From positions 13,057 through 77,056 of the IMG/VR virus record IMGVR_UViG_3300050343_000268: a stretch of 64,000 bases of DNA. One strand, given 5' to 3'. Numbering within the stretch: position 1 is the first letter of the stretch; every line of letters starts with the position of its first letter. Position numbers and translations under genes: made by a program. Shown here piece by piece: positions 1 to 10,037 of this stretch. This DNA is from a virus. Under the pieces are notes generated by a model that was not told the origin of the DNA, did no database searches, and was given only the letters and a program-made list of their open reading frames with translations.

Positions 1-2
1 CA

Positions 3-1169
3 GCAACAATTAAGGGAATCCTGACAAGCAACAAGTATAGAGAAATCTTTCCAATGGTGAGATTATCTAAGATTAAGAGGTCAGATGAATATTGGTCAAT
101 TGACTATGAATTTGCAGGAATTGATACAGCAGGGGAAGAAGCATTTACCATTGCATGTGGTGGTCTCAAAGGGGCTATTACTTCCAAAAGATCGCAGCTG
201 GTTCTTATCGATGACCCTATTAAATCAGCAGCGTCAATCAACAACCCTGACATTCGTCGCGAGATGGAACAGACTTGGTCAAACGTCATCGCACCTACCA
301 TGTTCCAAGGTGCACGAGCAGTATGCCTGGGGACACGTTTTCACTTTGACGATATCCACGCCACTCTATTTGTACCAAAACATAATTGGAAACAGATTGT
401 TCAAAAAGCAGTAATAACAGACAGCGAAGGAAGGCAGCGTTCGTATTGGCCTGAGTTTTGGTCAATGAAATATCTTAATGAACGAAAACTTGAAAATCGT
501 ATTGCATTTGCTTACCAGTATTTAAACACTGCTGTTCAATCCAGTGATGTTGGGATTTCACCTGATCTAATTGTGCACGGGGAAGTGCCGGAAGATTATG
601 ATTGTTTGGGTGTAGGAATTGACTTAAGTGCTGGCTTGAACGAAAAGAACGACTGGACAGTCTTTACGTTAGGGGGTATCAAGGATGGAAAGATTTATTT
701 AATTGACCAACGTAGGGTAAAGAGCATGGGTAATCTTGAAAAGATGGATACGCTGTGCGAAATGCTAGCGGATTGGAACATTGTTCTTGAAAATGATGAA
801 GGCCAATATTTTCCTTCGATGTCGCCTTGTATGATATGGCCAGAAGCAGTTGCTTATCAATCATCGTTTGAAGGTGACTTTAAGAGAGTTATGTTTGATC
901 AACGTGCTCTATATAACCTGAGCTGTTCACCAGTCAAAGGATTTAAAGGTGACAAGTTAGCAAGACTACGTGGAGTGCTTGGCTTATATGAGCACCGTAA
1001 GGTTGTATGGAACAAGTGGCGTAAGTGGAACATTCTTGAAGATGAACTCATTAACTTTGGCCATTCGCCGCATGATGATGCAGTTGATTCAATGGTGCTG
1101 ACTATGGGCGGACTTCTAAGACGTGGTGCATTACAGATGGAATTCAGTGACGATTCAGGGAATCTATAA
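3..1169 (+). CDS. terL: Terminase large subunit, 5'-truncated by window edge
   Basis: Frame open from position 3; Walker B-like VLIDDPIK, coupling motif LGTRFH, nuclease motifs GIDLSAG and HDDAVDS. Confidence 0.9.
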   Translation, partial: ATIKGILTSNKYREIFPMVRLSKIKRSDEYWSIDYEFAGIDTAGEEAFTIACGGLKGAITSKRSQLVLIDDPIKSAASINNPDIRREMEQTWSNVIAPTMFQGARAVCLGTRFHFDDIHATLFVPKHNWKQIVQKAVITDSEGRQRSYWPEFWSMKYLNERKLENRIAFAYQYLNTAVQSSDVGISPDLIVHGEVPEDYDCLGVGIDLSAGLNEKNDWTVFTLGGIKDGKIYLIDQRRVKSMGNLEKMDTLCEMLADWNIVLENDEGQYFPSMSPCMIWPEAVAYQSSFEGDFKRVMFDQRALYNLSCSPVKGFKGDKLARLRGVLGLYEHRKVVWNKWRKWNILEDELINFGHSPHDDAVDSMVLTMGGLLRRGALQMEFSDDSGNL

Positions 1170-1220
1170 TAAATAACCTTGATATAATAAATAAAATAGT
1201 AGTTTAATCAGAGAAATATA

Positions 1221-2006
1221 ATGGCATTTGTTCCTTCACAGAGCTATATTGATGCAATGAATAGGGCAGGCCGTAAAGGTGACGGTAGCGGAGAACCTCT
1301 AAACCCTAATCCATCAGCCACTAGCACCACCACTATCAGCCATAGCAGCGGGAAACCGATGCTTTCGACTAATTATCTAGAAGATGCAAAAAGGGGATTA
1401 ACAACTAAACAGTCTAATGACGCACGTAGAGCTGCTTGGGCAGCAATGGAAGCTTCAAACAAAGCTAAACCAAAACCTACACCTACACCTACACCAAGGC
1501 CCACACCAAGACCAACACCAACACCAACACCAACACCAAGACCTACCCCAAAGCCTACGCCAGCACCTACACCTACACCTACACCAAGACCAATAGAGGA
1601 AAAAGTGAAGCTTATTCCGGGCTTAGAAGAGCGGATAAGTACACCAGCCCCTGAAGGCACAGACAAAATCACACTTCTTGTAGGCAAAAATGGTGACATG
1701 ACGACCACCATCGGTGATGACAATGAAATTACAAGATCTGATATTGGTAACGATAACAGTGAAACAGAACTTCGGCTGAAAGTAGCTCCTATAGTTATTC
1801 CCGCTACAGATGAGCAAATAGCAATTAGATCTGAAGCAAAAGAAAAAGCACAGAACTTTCTAGATCTGTTTGGAAGTGTTGGGAAAACAGGTGATATGAC
1901 AACCTCTATTGGCAATAGGAACATTATTACTGATTCTAGTATTGGCAACGATAATAGTAAAACCTATGCTTCCTTTGACTATGGCACTGGATTAAATTTC
2001 TCGTAA
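1221..2006 (+). CDS. Pro/Thr-rich protein with two GKxGDM..IGxxNxIT.SxIGNDNS repeats (paralogue 1)
   Basis: 261 aa ORF; PT linker; C-terminal half homologous to 2051..2677. Confidence 0.75.
   Translation: MAFVPSQSYIDAMNRAGRKGDGSGEPLNPNPSATSTTTISHSSGKPMLSTNYLEDAKRGLTTKQSNDARRAAWAAMEASNKAKPKPTPTPTPRPTPRPTPTPTPTPRPTPKPTPAPTPTPTPRPIEEKVKLIPGLEERISTPAPEGTDKITLLVGKNGDMTTTIGDDNEITRSDIGNDNSETELRLKVAPIVIPATDEQIAIRSEAKEKAQNFLDLFGSVGKTGDMTTSIGNRNIITDSSIGNDNSKTYASFDYGTGLNFS
1470..1592 (+). repeat. Coding (Pro-Thr/Arg/Lys)n tandem repeat
   Basis: cctaca/ccaaca hexamer repeats encoding [12 protein letters not shown]... Confidence 0.9.
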
Positions 2007-2050
2007 ATCATATTTGTTAAAATCAGAATATCTAAATCATAAGTCACAAG

Positions 2051-2677
2051 ATGGGATTAAATACATCAGCTAAAAAGTCAAATGAGGGGACCACAACTCA
2101 TTATGGCCATATGGACTATGCACGTGATGTAGCCAATGGTATGAGTGACTCAGAAATCTTGAGTCAAATTCATGCCGAGCCTGGAAAGATGGGAAACGGT
2201 GGCGTAGGTGGTGACTTATATAACCAAATTGCAGCTGGAGCAAACTCAGGTGGAAGCAGCGGCGGCGGCGGTGGCGGCGGCGGTGGCGGTGGTGGTGGTG
2301 GTGGATACGGCCCTAGGCCAACACCCCGTCCAATTTCAGGTGATCTACCAGGTGCCGATCGTCCTGTAATCAACGATGCTGACCGTATTACTATCGGTGT
2401 TGGTAAAGATGGAGATATGTATACAGGTATTGGTAATGACAATGTTATTACCAATTCAGACATTGGAAATGACAATAGTGAGACAACTCTCAGGATGCGT
2501 ATGGACGCAGCTGAGCGAGCACAAAATCACCTAGACCTATTAGCTGATTTTGGCAAAAAGGGGCACATGACTACTGAAATTGGAGATAGGAACGTTATTA
2601 CTGATTCTAGGATTGGTAATGATAATAGTATTACATCGGCATGGATTGATTTTGGTACTGGGCTCGATTTTTCTTGA
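2051..2677 (+). CDS. Poly-Gly protein with two IGNDNS repeats (paralogue 2)
   Basis: 208 aa; G15 tract at 2261-2305; ends DFGTGLDFS versus DYGTGLNFS in paralogue 1. Confidence 0.75.
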   Translation: MGLNTSAKKSNEGTTTHYGHMDYARDVANGMSDSEILSQIHAEPGKMGNGGVGGDLYNQIAAGANSGGSSGGGGGGGGGGGGGGGYGPRPTPRPISGDLPGADRPVINDADRITIGVGKDGDMYTGIGNDNVITNSDIGNDNSETTLRMRMDAAERAQNHLDLLADFGKKGHMTTEIGDRNVITDSRIGNDNSITSAWIDFGTGLDFS

Positions 2678-2731
2678 TTTAAAGAGAAACTGATTACATA
2701 TATAATATAGAAAGATTTATGTCTAGAAGAG

Positions 2732-4564
2732 ATGGCCAAACCTGTTCCTGTTGGTAAGTTCGATAATTACGGAGTTAATGAAGCCAAAGGCCGCAAGGCA
2801 AAGCAGCTTGAAATAGCAGAGGGTTTTGCTTCGAGCCCACAGAATGTATGGACAAGGTCTGCTGGTAACCATGCAAAAAAGCAAGCGAATTGGGCACAAA
2901 CAAACCTTACAAATAGAGAGGGTTATCAGCAAAATCAAACCGACTTTGCTTCCTGGGAAAATCTTGACAACTATTTCAATGACACTGCCGGTGCCTTTAA
3001 ACAACAGGGTGGAAGTAGAAAAAATAAGTTTGGAAAAAAAGACGTTGAATATCTTACTAAAGTAGGAGTGAATCAAGATGTTATTAATTCGCATGTAAGC
3101 GGATTAGATAAAAGCGGAATCCATCAAAACTATTGGAATAACGATGCTGCAAAGCACCTACATACTGATGGATGGGACTCCGGTGCGCACTTTAATAACA
3201 GTGATCGTAAATATGTAAAAGACAATAATATGAATCTGGTAGACCAGATCAACGCATATGGCGCAAGAAGGAGCTCTAAAAAAGGCGGCACATCCCATTT
3301 AGATAATGCATCTAAAAAAGCATTACAAGAAGCTGGGCAATATCAAGACTACATGAGCCAATTTGCTCAAGGTCACACCAAAGAGGCTGGGATCAATTCA
3401 TACAACAGAGAAGGAAGTAAGAATATTATTGGCGCAGATATTCGGTATTTGGAAAGTCAAGGATACTCTAATAAAGACATTACAAATTGGATGGCGTCAC
3501 AGAAAAAGAATGACAAAGGCGAAGGTAAAGGAGTAAATCATTGGGCAGCAAGCTGGATGAATAAGCAAGGTATGGTCGATACCTATGAAAACTATCAAGC
3601 CCCTTCTACGCCTCAATCAGACGCAAAAGAACGCGCTCAAAACCAGTTAGCCAAAGGTGGTAAGACTGTTAATAACAACCAATCTTATGGAGCAAGTGAC
3701 TACAACAACTCTATAAACGATAGTTACAATAAGTCATCATCTCAAGTAGCAAAAGACAGCTACAATAGACAGCTGACTAATACTACTAACAACAATCAAA
3801 ACAAGTCTGTAAACGATAGCAATAATAGACAGCTGACTAATACTACTAACAACAATCAAGACCAAAGAAGATACGACCAGCGCGATCAATCAGTACAAGA
3901 TAGCAATAACTCATCCTCATCATTGAATTACTCACCTACTTCTACTAACACTACATCAAATAGCAATAATTCTGCATCAGCTGTAAAATATGATGCAACA
4001 TCAACATCCAATAGCAACAACAGAACTCAAACCAATCAACAACAAAACCTACTGACGTCTAATTCAAATAATGTAACTGATAGTGGTAACCTTAGCGCGA
4101 CTATGAATTCTGATATTAAATCAGGTAAAACTGGTAACATGACATTTAATTTAGGGGATAACAATGATGTAATGGGCTCCGCACTGGGTAACGATAATAG
4201 TGTGACTATTACAGGTGGTACAAGCGGTGGTATGGACAATATGTTAGGTCTCGCTGCTTACCAAGCCTTGAACAATAATCAATTTGCAAGATCAAGCCAG
4301 GGGTTGAACGGCACAGGCCGTAGTGCAATGCAAATAAAACAGATGAATGATTCGATCGGTGCCCAGGATACAGCCAAAAATGCATACAACATGGCAGGAA
4401 TGTACCAACAGTATTTCAACGATTCTTCTAAAGCAATGCAAGGATCTTGGGCTGGAGATATCTTTGACTTCAACGCACCTGAATGGATGCAGGGTTCAAC
4501 ACCATCAAACCCCAAAGATGACACCAAAAATATTTTTAAAAATGGGATGATGCAGTTCAGTTAA
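2732..4564 (+). CDS. N/S/Q/T-rich protein with one LGNDNS repeat (paralogue 3)
   Basis: 610 aa; GKTGNMTFNLGDNNDVMGSALGNDNS and DAKERAQN motifs shared with the two upstream ORFs. Confidence 0.75.
   Translation: MAKPVPVGKFDNYGVNEAKGRKAKQLEIAEGFASSPQNVWTRSAGNHAKKQANWAQTNLTNREGYQQNQTDFASWENLDNYFNDTAGAFKQQGGSRKNKFGKKDVEYLTKVGVNQDVINSHVSGLDKSGIHQNYWNNDAAKHLHTDGWDSGAHFNNSDRKYVKDNNMNLVDQINAYGARRSSKKGGTSHLDNASKKALQEAGQYQDYMSQFAQGHTKEAGINSYNREGSKNIIGADIRYLESQGYSNKDITNWMASQKKNDKGEGKGVNHWAASWMNKQGMVDTYENYQAPSTPQSDAKERAQNQLAKGGKTVNNNQSYGASDYNNSINDSYNKSSSQVAKDSYNRQLTNTTNNNQNKSVNDSNNRQLTNTTNNNQDQRRYDQRDQSVQDSNNSSSSLNYSPTSTNTTSNSNNSASAVKYDATSTSNSNNRTQTNQQQNLLTSNSNNVTDSGNLSATMNSDIKSGKTGNMTFNLGDNNDVMGSALGNDNSVTITGGTSGGMDNMLGLAAYQALNNNQFARSSQGLNGTGRSAMQIKQMNDSIGAQDTAKNAYNMAGMYQQYFNDSSKAMQGSWAGDIFDFNAPEWMQGSTPSNPKDDTKNIFKNGMMQFS
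3764..3859 (+). repeat. 36-bp exact direct repeat with 60-nt period
   Basis: aatagacagctgactaatactactaacaacaatcaa at 3764-3799 and 3824-3859 (NRQLTNTTNNNQ x2). Confidence 0.9.
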
Positions 4565-4607
4565 TCACTCTCTTCGTTAGACTAATTAGGGATATAAATA
4601 AATAGAA

Positions 4608-6875
4608 ATGAAACACAATAGTCAGCAGTTTCAAGAAATACTTAATGCAGCAAAAGAGAAACGTGGTGACTTACCTGTAGACACAATGATTGTGTCTTCA
4701 CATCTAGCACAAATGCGTCTTTTTATTCTAAGGCGTGGGGTTGAATTTTTCTGCGGTCAGGACACGTACGGCAACCGACGTGAATTTATTAAAAACGTTT
4801 ATGAGAGCAATATGCTCGAAATGAAACTAGATAGTATTATTGATTATTTCTTGTGTGATGGTCAAGGGTTGTTTTACTTTAGACCAGCTGGAGATTCATA
4901 TCAACTATTATATTTTCCAAAAGAAAGCTATAGATGTTACCGCGATCAATCAAGTGAGATTGAGCATGTAGAGCTTATCTACACCTTCGAGGTCAAAGAG
5001 CCATCTATGCTTGATGCTTATGCCACTCCAGGTAAACGCGGTGGACGTAAGAAATATATAAAACTCAAAGTATATAAAGACCGTATTGAACAAACAATAT
5101 CAAATGAGAAAATAGAGTTCGAGAATTCTGGTGGTTCACTCGTAATGCCACAGGCTGGTCAGACTGAGACACTGAGTAATAGCCTTGGTTTTATCCCTGC
5201 TGTAGAGGTCTTCAATCATCTGGATTGCACAGGCGAATCGACAGGAGTTGGTGAATTTGATTGGATGGCAAATCAAATCCTTTTCCATGATGAATTAGTA
5301 CGAAATGTTCGCAAGAACATGAAGTTCTTTGGAAATCCAACTCTGGTATCAAGCCGACCTCGACACGATATTTTGGAAAGTGGGGATGAAGGTACTTTTA
5401 GACCAACAATTAGTTCTCAGGCTGGGTTTTACGCACAGGACAGGCCAAGTACACGAGTCAGCCAGCCTGGATTTAGCGCGGGTGCGGATGGGCAAATTAA
5501 AGTTCCACGTGTGATTGCCAATCTTGAACCAACCGATCGTGTCTCTTATATGACACCAGATGCGGTAAGTGGGGATCAGAATATGTACGTAAAACAGTAC
5601 AGATCCGAAATCCGACTTGCACTTGGTGGGGTAGATGATCTTGATTTTAATATGGCATCATCAGCTTACGAGATGAAATCTCTATACGGACGGTGTGCAG
5701 CAACTGCTGAAAAGAAGGCTAAAGCCTTGTTTGAGTATGGTTTATGCAAGTTATTTGCACTAATGATTCAGCATGAAGAATATTTATTTGAACAATCATT
5801 CGCCACAGCAATTGGGCTAGCTGTACCCGAACCCCCATTACAGGAACAATATGATGATCCTGAGTTATTTGAAAAGGCTCAGCAGGATTATCAAATCTCG
5901 ATGCAGAAATACCAGTCTAAGTATGATAAACAGTTTTCTGCTAGTATTGAGTCAGGTGAAATACCTAATGGGGTTACTGGTTTAATCCCTGATGGCAGCA
6001 GTAAAGTCAATTGGCGCTGGACTGGTGAAATTTTTGAAGAGGATTCACAAGGCATACTAAACAACAGTATTGTCGTAAGAAACCTTCAGGAACTTGGAGT
6101 TGATTCCATTGAATCTCTCAAATACCTATTCCCAAGCAAAACTGACGAAGAACGCGCTGCAATGCTAACCGGCTTCCCTTTCAGGATGGTCGAAAAATCA
6201 CAACAAGCGTTTAATCAATTTATTTCGATGGTTGGTCAGTTGTATCAACTACCCCATCCACAAATGCCCAATCAGCCATTAGCAGCTGATCCGAATCTTG
6301 ATATCACAGGGTTCCTATATAGATCACTCGAATTTTTACGTAAGGAGTTAAGTTACAGTGGAAAGTACAAGCCCGACAATGGCGAGCAGCTCCCAAGCAA
6401 GCTCACCGATGCAGACCGCCGCCGCGCCGAACTTGGCCTCCCCGTCAGGGACGAGCAGCCCATCAAGCTACCAGGCGTCGCCCCAGGTTTCAGTGGCACC
6501 CCAGGCTCCAATGGGTTACCAGCCAATGGCGGCCCCGCAGGCTTCGGCGGCCCCGGCAGCAGCAGCGAATCCTTGGCAGGAAGCGTTCCAGGCACTCAGC
6601 GCAAGCCTGAATACACCTCAAGCGTCCCCGGCCCAGGCGTCGTACTCGGCTTATCAGACGCCAACGACTCAGGCCAGTACCCAGGCCAGTTGGGGCTATC
6701 AGCCCCAGCCATGGGCAGACCAGGGGCACCAGACCTACAGTCCCCAAGCTTCAACCCCGGCTTATTCGGCCCAGGAGCTCAACCAAATCCAGCAGCTGGT
6801 GGCTCAGCAGCAGTATCAGCAGCAGGCAGCAGCACAGGCTCAGTATCTAAGCCAAGGCGCAAGCGAGGCAGGTGA
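4608..6875 (+). CDS. Probable portal protein with Gly/Pro-rich C-terminal tail
   Basis: 755 aa; position between terminase and capsid genes; portal-like segments NSLGFIPAVEVFN and GVGEFDWMANQI. Confidence 0.65.
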   Translation: MKHNSQQFQEILNAAKEKRGDLPVDTMIVSSHLAQMRLFILRRGVEFFCGQDTYGNRREFIKNVYESNMLEMKLDSIIDYFLCDGQGLFYFRPAGDSYQLLYFPKESYRCYRDQSSEIEHVELIYTFEVKEPSMLDAYATPGKRGGRKKYIKLKVYKDRIEQTISNEKIEFENSGGSLVMPQAGQTETLSNSLGFIPAVEVFNHLDCTGESTGVGEFDWMANQILFHDELVRNVRKNMKFFGNPTLVSSRPRHDILESGDEGTFRPTISSQAGFYAQDRPSTRVSQPGFSAGADGQIKVPRVIANLEPTDRVSYMTPDAVSGDQNMYVKQYRSEIRLALGGVDDLDFNMASSAYEMKSLYGRCAATAEKKAKALFEYGLCKLFALMIQHEEYLFEQSFATAIGLAVPEPPLQEQYDDPELFEKAQQDYQISMQKYQSKYDKQFSASIESGEIPNGVTGLIPDGSSKVNWRWTGEIFEEDSQGILNNSIVVRNLQELGVDSIESLKYLFPSKTDEERAAMLTGFPFRMVEKSQQAFNQFISMVGQLYQLPHPQMPNQPLAADPNLDITGFLYRSLEFLRKELSYSGKYKPDNGEQLPSKLTDADRRRAELGLPVRDEQPIKLPGVAPGFSGTPGSNGLPANGGPAGFGGPGSSSESLAGSVPGTQRKPEYTSSVPGPGVVLGLSDANDSGQYPGQLGLSAPAMGRPGAPDLQSPSFNPGLFGPGAQPNPAAGGSAAVSAAGSSTGSVSKPRRKRGR

Positions 6876-7407
6876 TTCCTACCTCAGTCAAATCTCTGAC
6901 GTAAGCCTTGAAGTTCTTGAGCATTTTGGCGCTGAAGCTCCTGCATTGCTGAATAACTATGCATGTGCCGTTGAGGATGCACTGATCGAACAGGTTGGCC
7001 GTAACGGCACCATGGATTTGATGCTGGATGCAGCTTCAGAAGAGCGTGCTGCAATGAACATCATGCTCACCGACCCTGATGTCCTGGCTGATTATGTCAA
7101 CGGATTCTTCGGTGCTAATGGTCCTTACCCAACACCAACGCAAGCAGAAGCTGCTGCAATCAATGAGTACCTAGCACGTGAGCAGTTTGCTCAAGAGATC
7201 GCACATCAAGAAGAGCGTGGAGTTCCTAACAACTTCCAACGCCCAGTAATGGATATGCCTACGCCTGGTCGTCAGCAGAGCGCAGCCAACTCTTTCTGGG
7301 GTGACTTCAGCGAGCTAATGGATAACAACCCTGAAAATGCATGGCAGTACCTTTCCGGTGCACCAGCTCAGGCTTTCCAAAGCAAATTGCTTGTTCAGGA
7401 CTACTGA
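6358..7407 (+). CDS. Probable capsid scaffolding/assembly protein overlapping the portal in the +1 frame
   Basis: GTG start about 10 nt after TAAGGAG (6341-6347); Q/A/S/P-rich N-terminus and acidic helical C-terminus; function inferred from position. Confidence 0.55.
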   Translation: MESTSPTMASSSQASSPMQTAAAPNLASPSGTSSPSSYQASPQVSVAPQAPMGYQPMAAPQASAAPAAAANPWQEAFQALSASLNTPQASPAQASYSAYQTPTTQASTQASWGYQPQPWADQGHQTYSPQASTPAYSAQELNQIQQLVAQQQYQQQAAAQAQYLSQGASEAGDSYLSQISDVSLEVLEHFGAEAPALLNNYACAVEDALIEQVGRNGTMDLMLDAASEERAAMNIMLTDPDVLADYVNGFFGANGPYPTPTQAEAAAINEYLAREQFAQEIAHQEERGVPNNFQRPVMDMPTPGRQQSAANSFWGDFSELMDNNPENAWQYLSGAPAQAFQSKLLVQDY

Positions 7408-7419
7408 TAAATAAAGCTA

Positions 7420-7450
7420 AGGGTTCTCTATTAAAGGGAACCCTAGTTTG
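7420..7450 (+). terminator. Hairpin after the putative scaffold gene
   Basis: agggttctct-attaa-agggaaccct followed by agtttg. Confidence 0.45.
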
Positions 7451-7517
7451 ACTTAATAAGGAAAATTCTTATTTAAGTTAATTTTATTAGAATAGAACTA
7501 TTGAATGTTATTGAAAA

Positions 7518-7976
7518 ATGGCTCAACGTATTACTCAATTACCTTACGAGGCAATCCCTGCCGCACAAGCAACCATGTCACGAGCATTGGTTGAACAAGG
7601 GAATGGAGCGATGGGGCTTCCAAATGTAGGTAGACCTAATAGTACTGATGCTGGCGATTTCACAAACCTTGCAGCTAATCCTCAAGGAATGCGTAATATG
7701 CAACAGAAAAGTCAGGAATACCAGCAAAATGCAATCACTGGTGCATCTGGATTGGCAGCGCAAAACTTAGGAATGGTCCGTAATGGCCTCACTGAACAAA
7801 GTCAAGCTGAATATAAAGCTCAAATAAATTTCAATAACTATAAAGCTAACGTGATACATGAGCGCATCCCAGGTGGAGGAGAAGCCGTTGCAGAAATGGC
7901 AAACCCAGATCTGTTGCCCAAGAGAATGGAAGACGTACAATTTTCACGTATGATGGGCCAAGAACGTTCTACATAA
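7518..7976 (+). CDS. Hypothetical protein
   Basis: 152 aa ORF preceded by TAGAAT at 7488. Confidence 0.6.
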   Translation: MAQRITQLPYEAIPAAQATMSRALVEQGNGAMGLPNVGRPNSTDAGDFTNLAANPQGMRNMQQKSQEYQQNAITGASGLAAQNLGMVRNGLTEQSQAEYKAQINFNNYKANVIHERIPGGGEAVAEMANPDLLPKRMEDVQFSRMMGQERST

Positions 7977-8029
7977 CTAATTAAATTTATAAGTTTACTA
8001 CAATAAAGTATAAGTAGTAGGTTAGTCTT

Positions 8030-8320
8030 GTGGCTCAATTGCGGAAAGCTGGCGATGAGGTAACACCTGAGGTTTATCAAAACATTTGGAAACACCTTAA
8101 GTCAGATGGAGTGCCAGATCAAGCTGCCAATCAAATGGCTGCAGAAATGGTTACACATGATGACTTTGAAGGCTCAGTTGAAAAGTATCAGCAATACGAA
8201 GACATTTATAAGTCAAAAGGGTTTAATGAGCATGCTGCTCAAGCGATGGCAGTAGAGGCATTAGAAGGAAGAGAAGAGGAACCTTCAGAATCAATTAGGT
8301 TTGCAAGACTTCGCGGTTAA
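8030..8320 (+). CDS. Hypothetical protein with internal helical repeat
   Basis: KSDGVPDQAANQMAAE / KSKGFNEHAAQAMAVE. Confidence 0.6.
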   Translation: MAQLRKAGDEVTPEVYQNIWKHLKSDGVPDQAANQMAAEMVTHDDFEGSVEKYQQYEDIYKSKGFNEHAAQAMAVEALEGREEEPSESIRFARLRG

Positions 8321-8322
8321 TG

Positions 8323-8351
8323 TTGACTTAGCTAGAATTTACAGCTATAGT
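8323..8351 (+). promoter_or_regulatory. Canonical sigma70 promoter of the sigma-factor gene
   Basis: TTGACT (8323-8328) -17 nt- TATAGT (8346-8351), 23 nt before the ATG. Confidence 0.65.
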
Positions 8352-8374
8352 TAATACATAGGAAAGCGAATTAT

Positions 8375-9316
8375 ATGTCAACAGCAAAGCAATCAGGAGA
8401 CTCAGTACGTTCATATTTAAGAGATATTGGACGCATACCGCTCTTAGAGCATGCAGAAGAAATCCTTCTTGGACGCAAGGTCCAACGACTAATGGAGATC
8501 AAAGATCTTGAAAAAGAAATGGAAGTACAAAGTCAAGCTGATTTGGCTGGGATTCTTGGTATCACTACTCTTGAACTAAAACGTCAATTGAGGGAGGGTA
8601 CTAAAGCGAAAGATAAGATGGTGACTGCAAACTTGCGTCTTGTTGTAAGTGTTGCCAAGAAGTATACTAAAAGGAATATGGAGCTTTTAGATATCATTCA
8701 AGAGGGAACAATTGGTTTAGTACGTGGTGTTGAAAAGTTTGACCCTAGCCGTGGCTATAAGTTTAGTACCTATGCTTATTGGTGGATCCGTCAAGGCATC
8801 ACGCGGGCCATTGCGGAGAAATCGCGGGCAATACGCTTACCAATTCACGTTACAGAAAACCTCAACAAGCTTAAGAAAGCTCAACGTGAGCTAAGCCAAA
8901 TCAACGGTGAAATGCCATCCGTGTTCCAACTTGCTGATTACATGGAAATCACAGTAGATGAAATAAAGGATCTGATGTATAAGTCACAACAGCCCACATC
9001 ACTAGAAATAAAGATTGGTGAAAATCGTGATACAGCTTTAATCGATTTACTAGAAGACGAATCTCAACTACCAGACACTCTGCTAAATCGTCAATCAATA
9101 AAAGATAATATAAATGATGTGCTTTCTGAGCTGCCGGAGATGCAAGCAGCCGTGATCAAAATGAGATACGGAATTGGAACAGACATATTAGAACCCATGT
9201 CTATGACAGCAATTGGTCAAGTATTGAATATGAGCAGAGACAGGGTTAGGACAATCGAAAATAAAGCCTTGAAAACAATCCGTGAGTGCTCAAACGGACT
9301 TACTGACCATCTTTAA
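8375..9316 (+). CDS. RpoD/SigA-family (cyanobacterial group 2-like) RNA polymerase sigma factor
   Basis: DSVRSYLRDIGRIPLL (region 1.2), ANLRLVVSVAKKY, DIIQEGTIGL, KFSTYAYWWIRQGITRAI, SRDRVRTIE (4.2); no region 1.1. Confidence 0.95.
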   Translation: MSTAKQSGDSVRSYLRDIGRIPLLEHAEEILLGRKVQRLMEIKDLEKEMEVQSQADLAGILGITTLELKRQLREGTKAKDKMVTANLRLVVSVAKKYTKRNMELLDIIQEGTIGLVRGVEKFDPSRGYKFSTYAYWWIRQGITRAIAEKSRAIRLPIHVTENLNKLKKAQRELSQINGEMPSVFQLADYMEITVDEIKDLMYKSQQPTSLEIKIGENRDTALIDLLEDESQLPDTLLNRQSIKDNINDVLSELPEMQAAVIKMRYGIGTDILEPMSMTAIGQVLNMSRDRVRTIENKALKTIRECSNGLTDHL

Positions 9317-9341
9317 TACAATAAAGAAAATGGCAAGATAG

Positions 9342-10037
9342 TTGATGGATGTCACTAAGGATATTGAAGCAAGACACATTGCTTATGGAGCAAGTGACTA
9401 CACAGCAGCAGACGGCAATGCTGCATCAAAACAATTAAATTTCAGTATTGGTCCATCTATAACTCGCCCTGACAATCAAAATGTCAGTGTGATTCCACAT
9501 ACATTTAAATACGAAGGATCTGTAGGACTGTTTGGTTCAGAAAACTACTTTACCAAAATTCAATTATCAATCGTAGGGGATATCGTCAAATCATGCTTTG
9601 AGGAAGAGTTTTGGAGCTGCGCTTCGCTACGACAGTCAAGTATAAGCATTGAAAACCAATTTGAAGAAGCAGAAATAGATTTCAACAGCTTTCCTGTTGT
9701 TAATCAATACGAGGAAGCTCTTGCAAATTCTGATAGGCTGCCATACCTGCCTGGTGGAAGAGGATTTTTAAGTATTGAAGTAACAAACTTAAAAACTAAT
9801 AATGAATTTAAGGACAAAGACTTAGATATCCGCTTATACACCAGTGACAAAGAGGAACACGCATTTAACAAGATGTATGTTCAAGTCTACGATCATTTCT
9901 ATATAGGATTTCATGCAAGAAATACTAGAGTCCTAGACTACAACGTAGAGTGCACGATTGGTACTGAACTAAGATCATATGATTCAATCACTGATAAGTC
10001 ACTAATCATGAAGAGACTTAAGTCAGGCAGTTTTTAG
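9342..10037 (+). CDS. Hypothetical protein
   Basis: 231 aa ORF. Confidence 0.6.
   Translation: MMDVTKDIEARHIAYGASDYTAADGNAASKQLNFSIGPSITRPDNQNVSVIPHTFKYEGSVGLFGSENYFTKIQLSIVGDIVKSCFEEEFWSCASLRQSSISIENQFEEAEIDFNSFPVVNQYEEALANSDRLPYLPGGRGFLSIEVTNLKTNNEFKDKDLDIRLYTSDKEEHAFNKMYVQVYDHFYIGFHARNTRVLDYNVECTIGTELRSYDSITDKSLIMKRLKSGSF

Noticed and set aside
1373-2475. Antisense ORFs with GV or poly-Pro runs, and similar shadow ORFs opposite psbA and the tail fibre
   Set aside because: Mirror images of low-complexity or codon-biased sense genes
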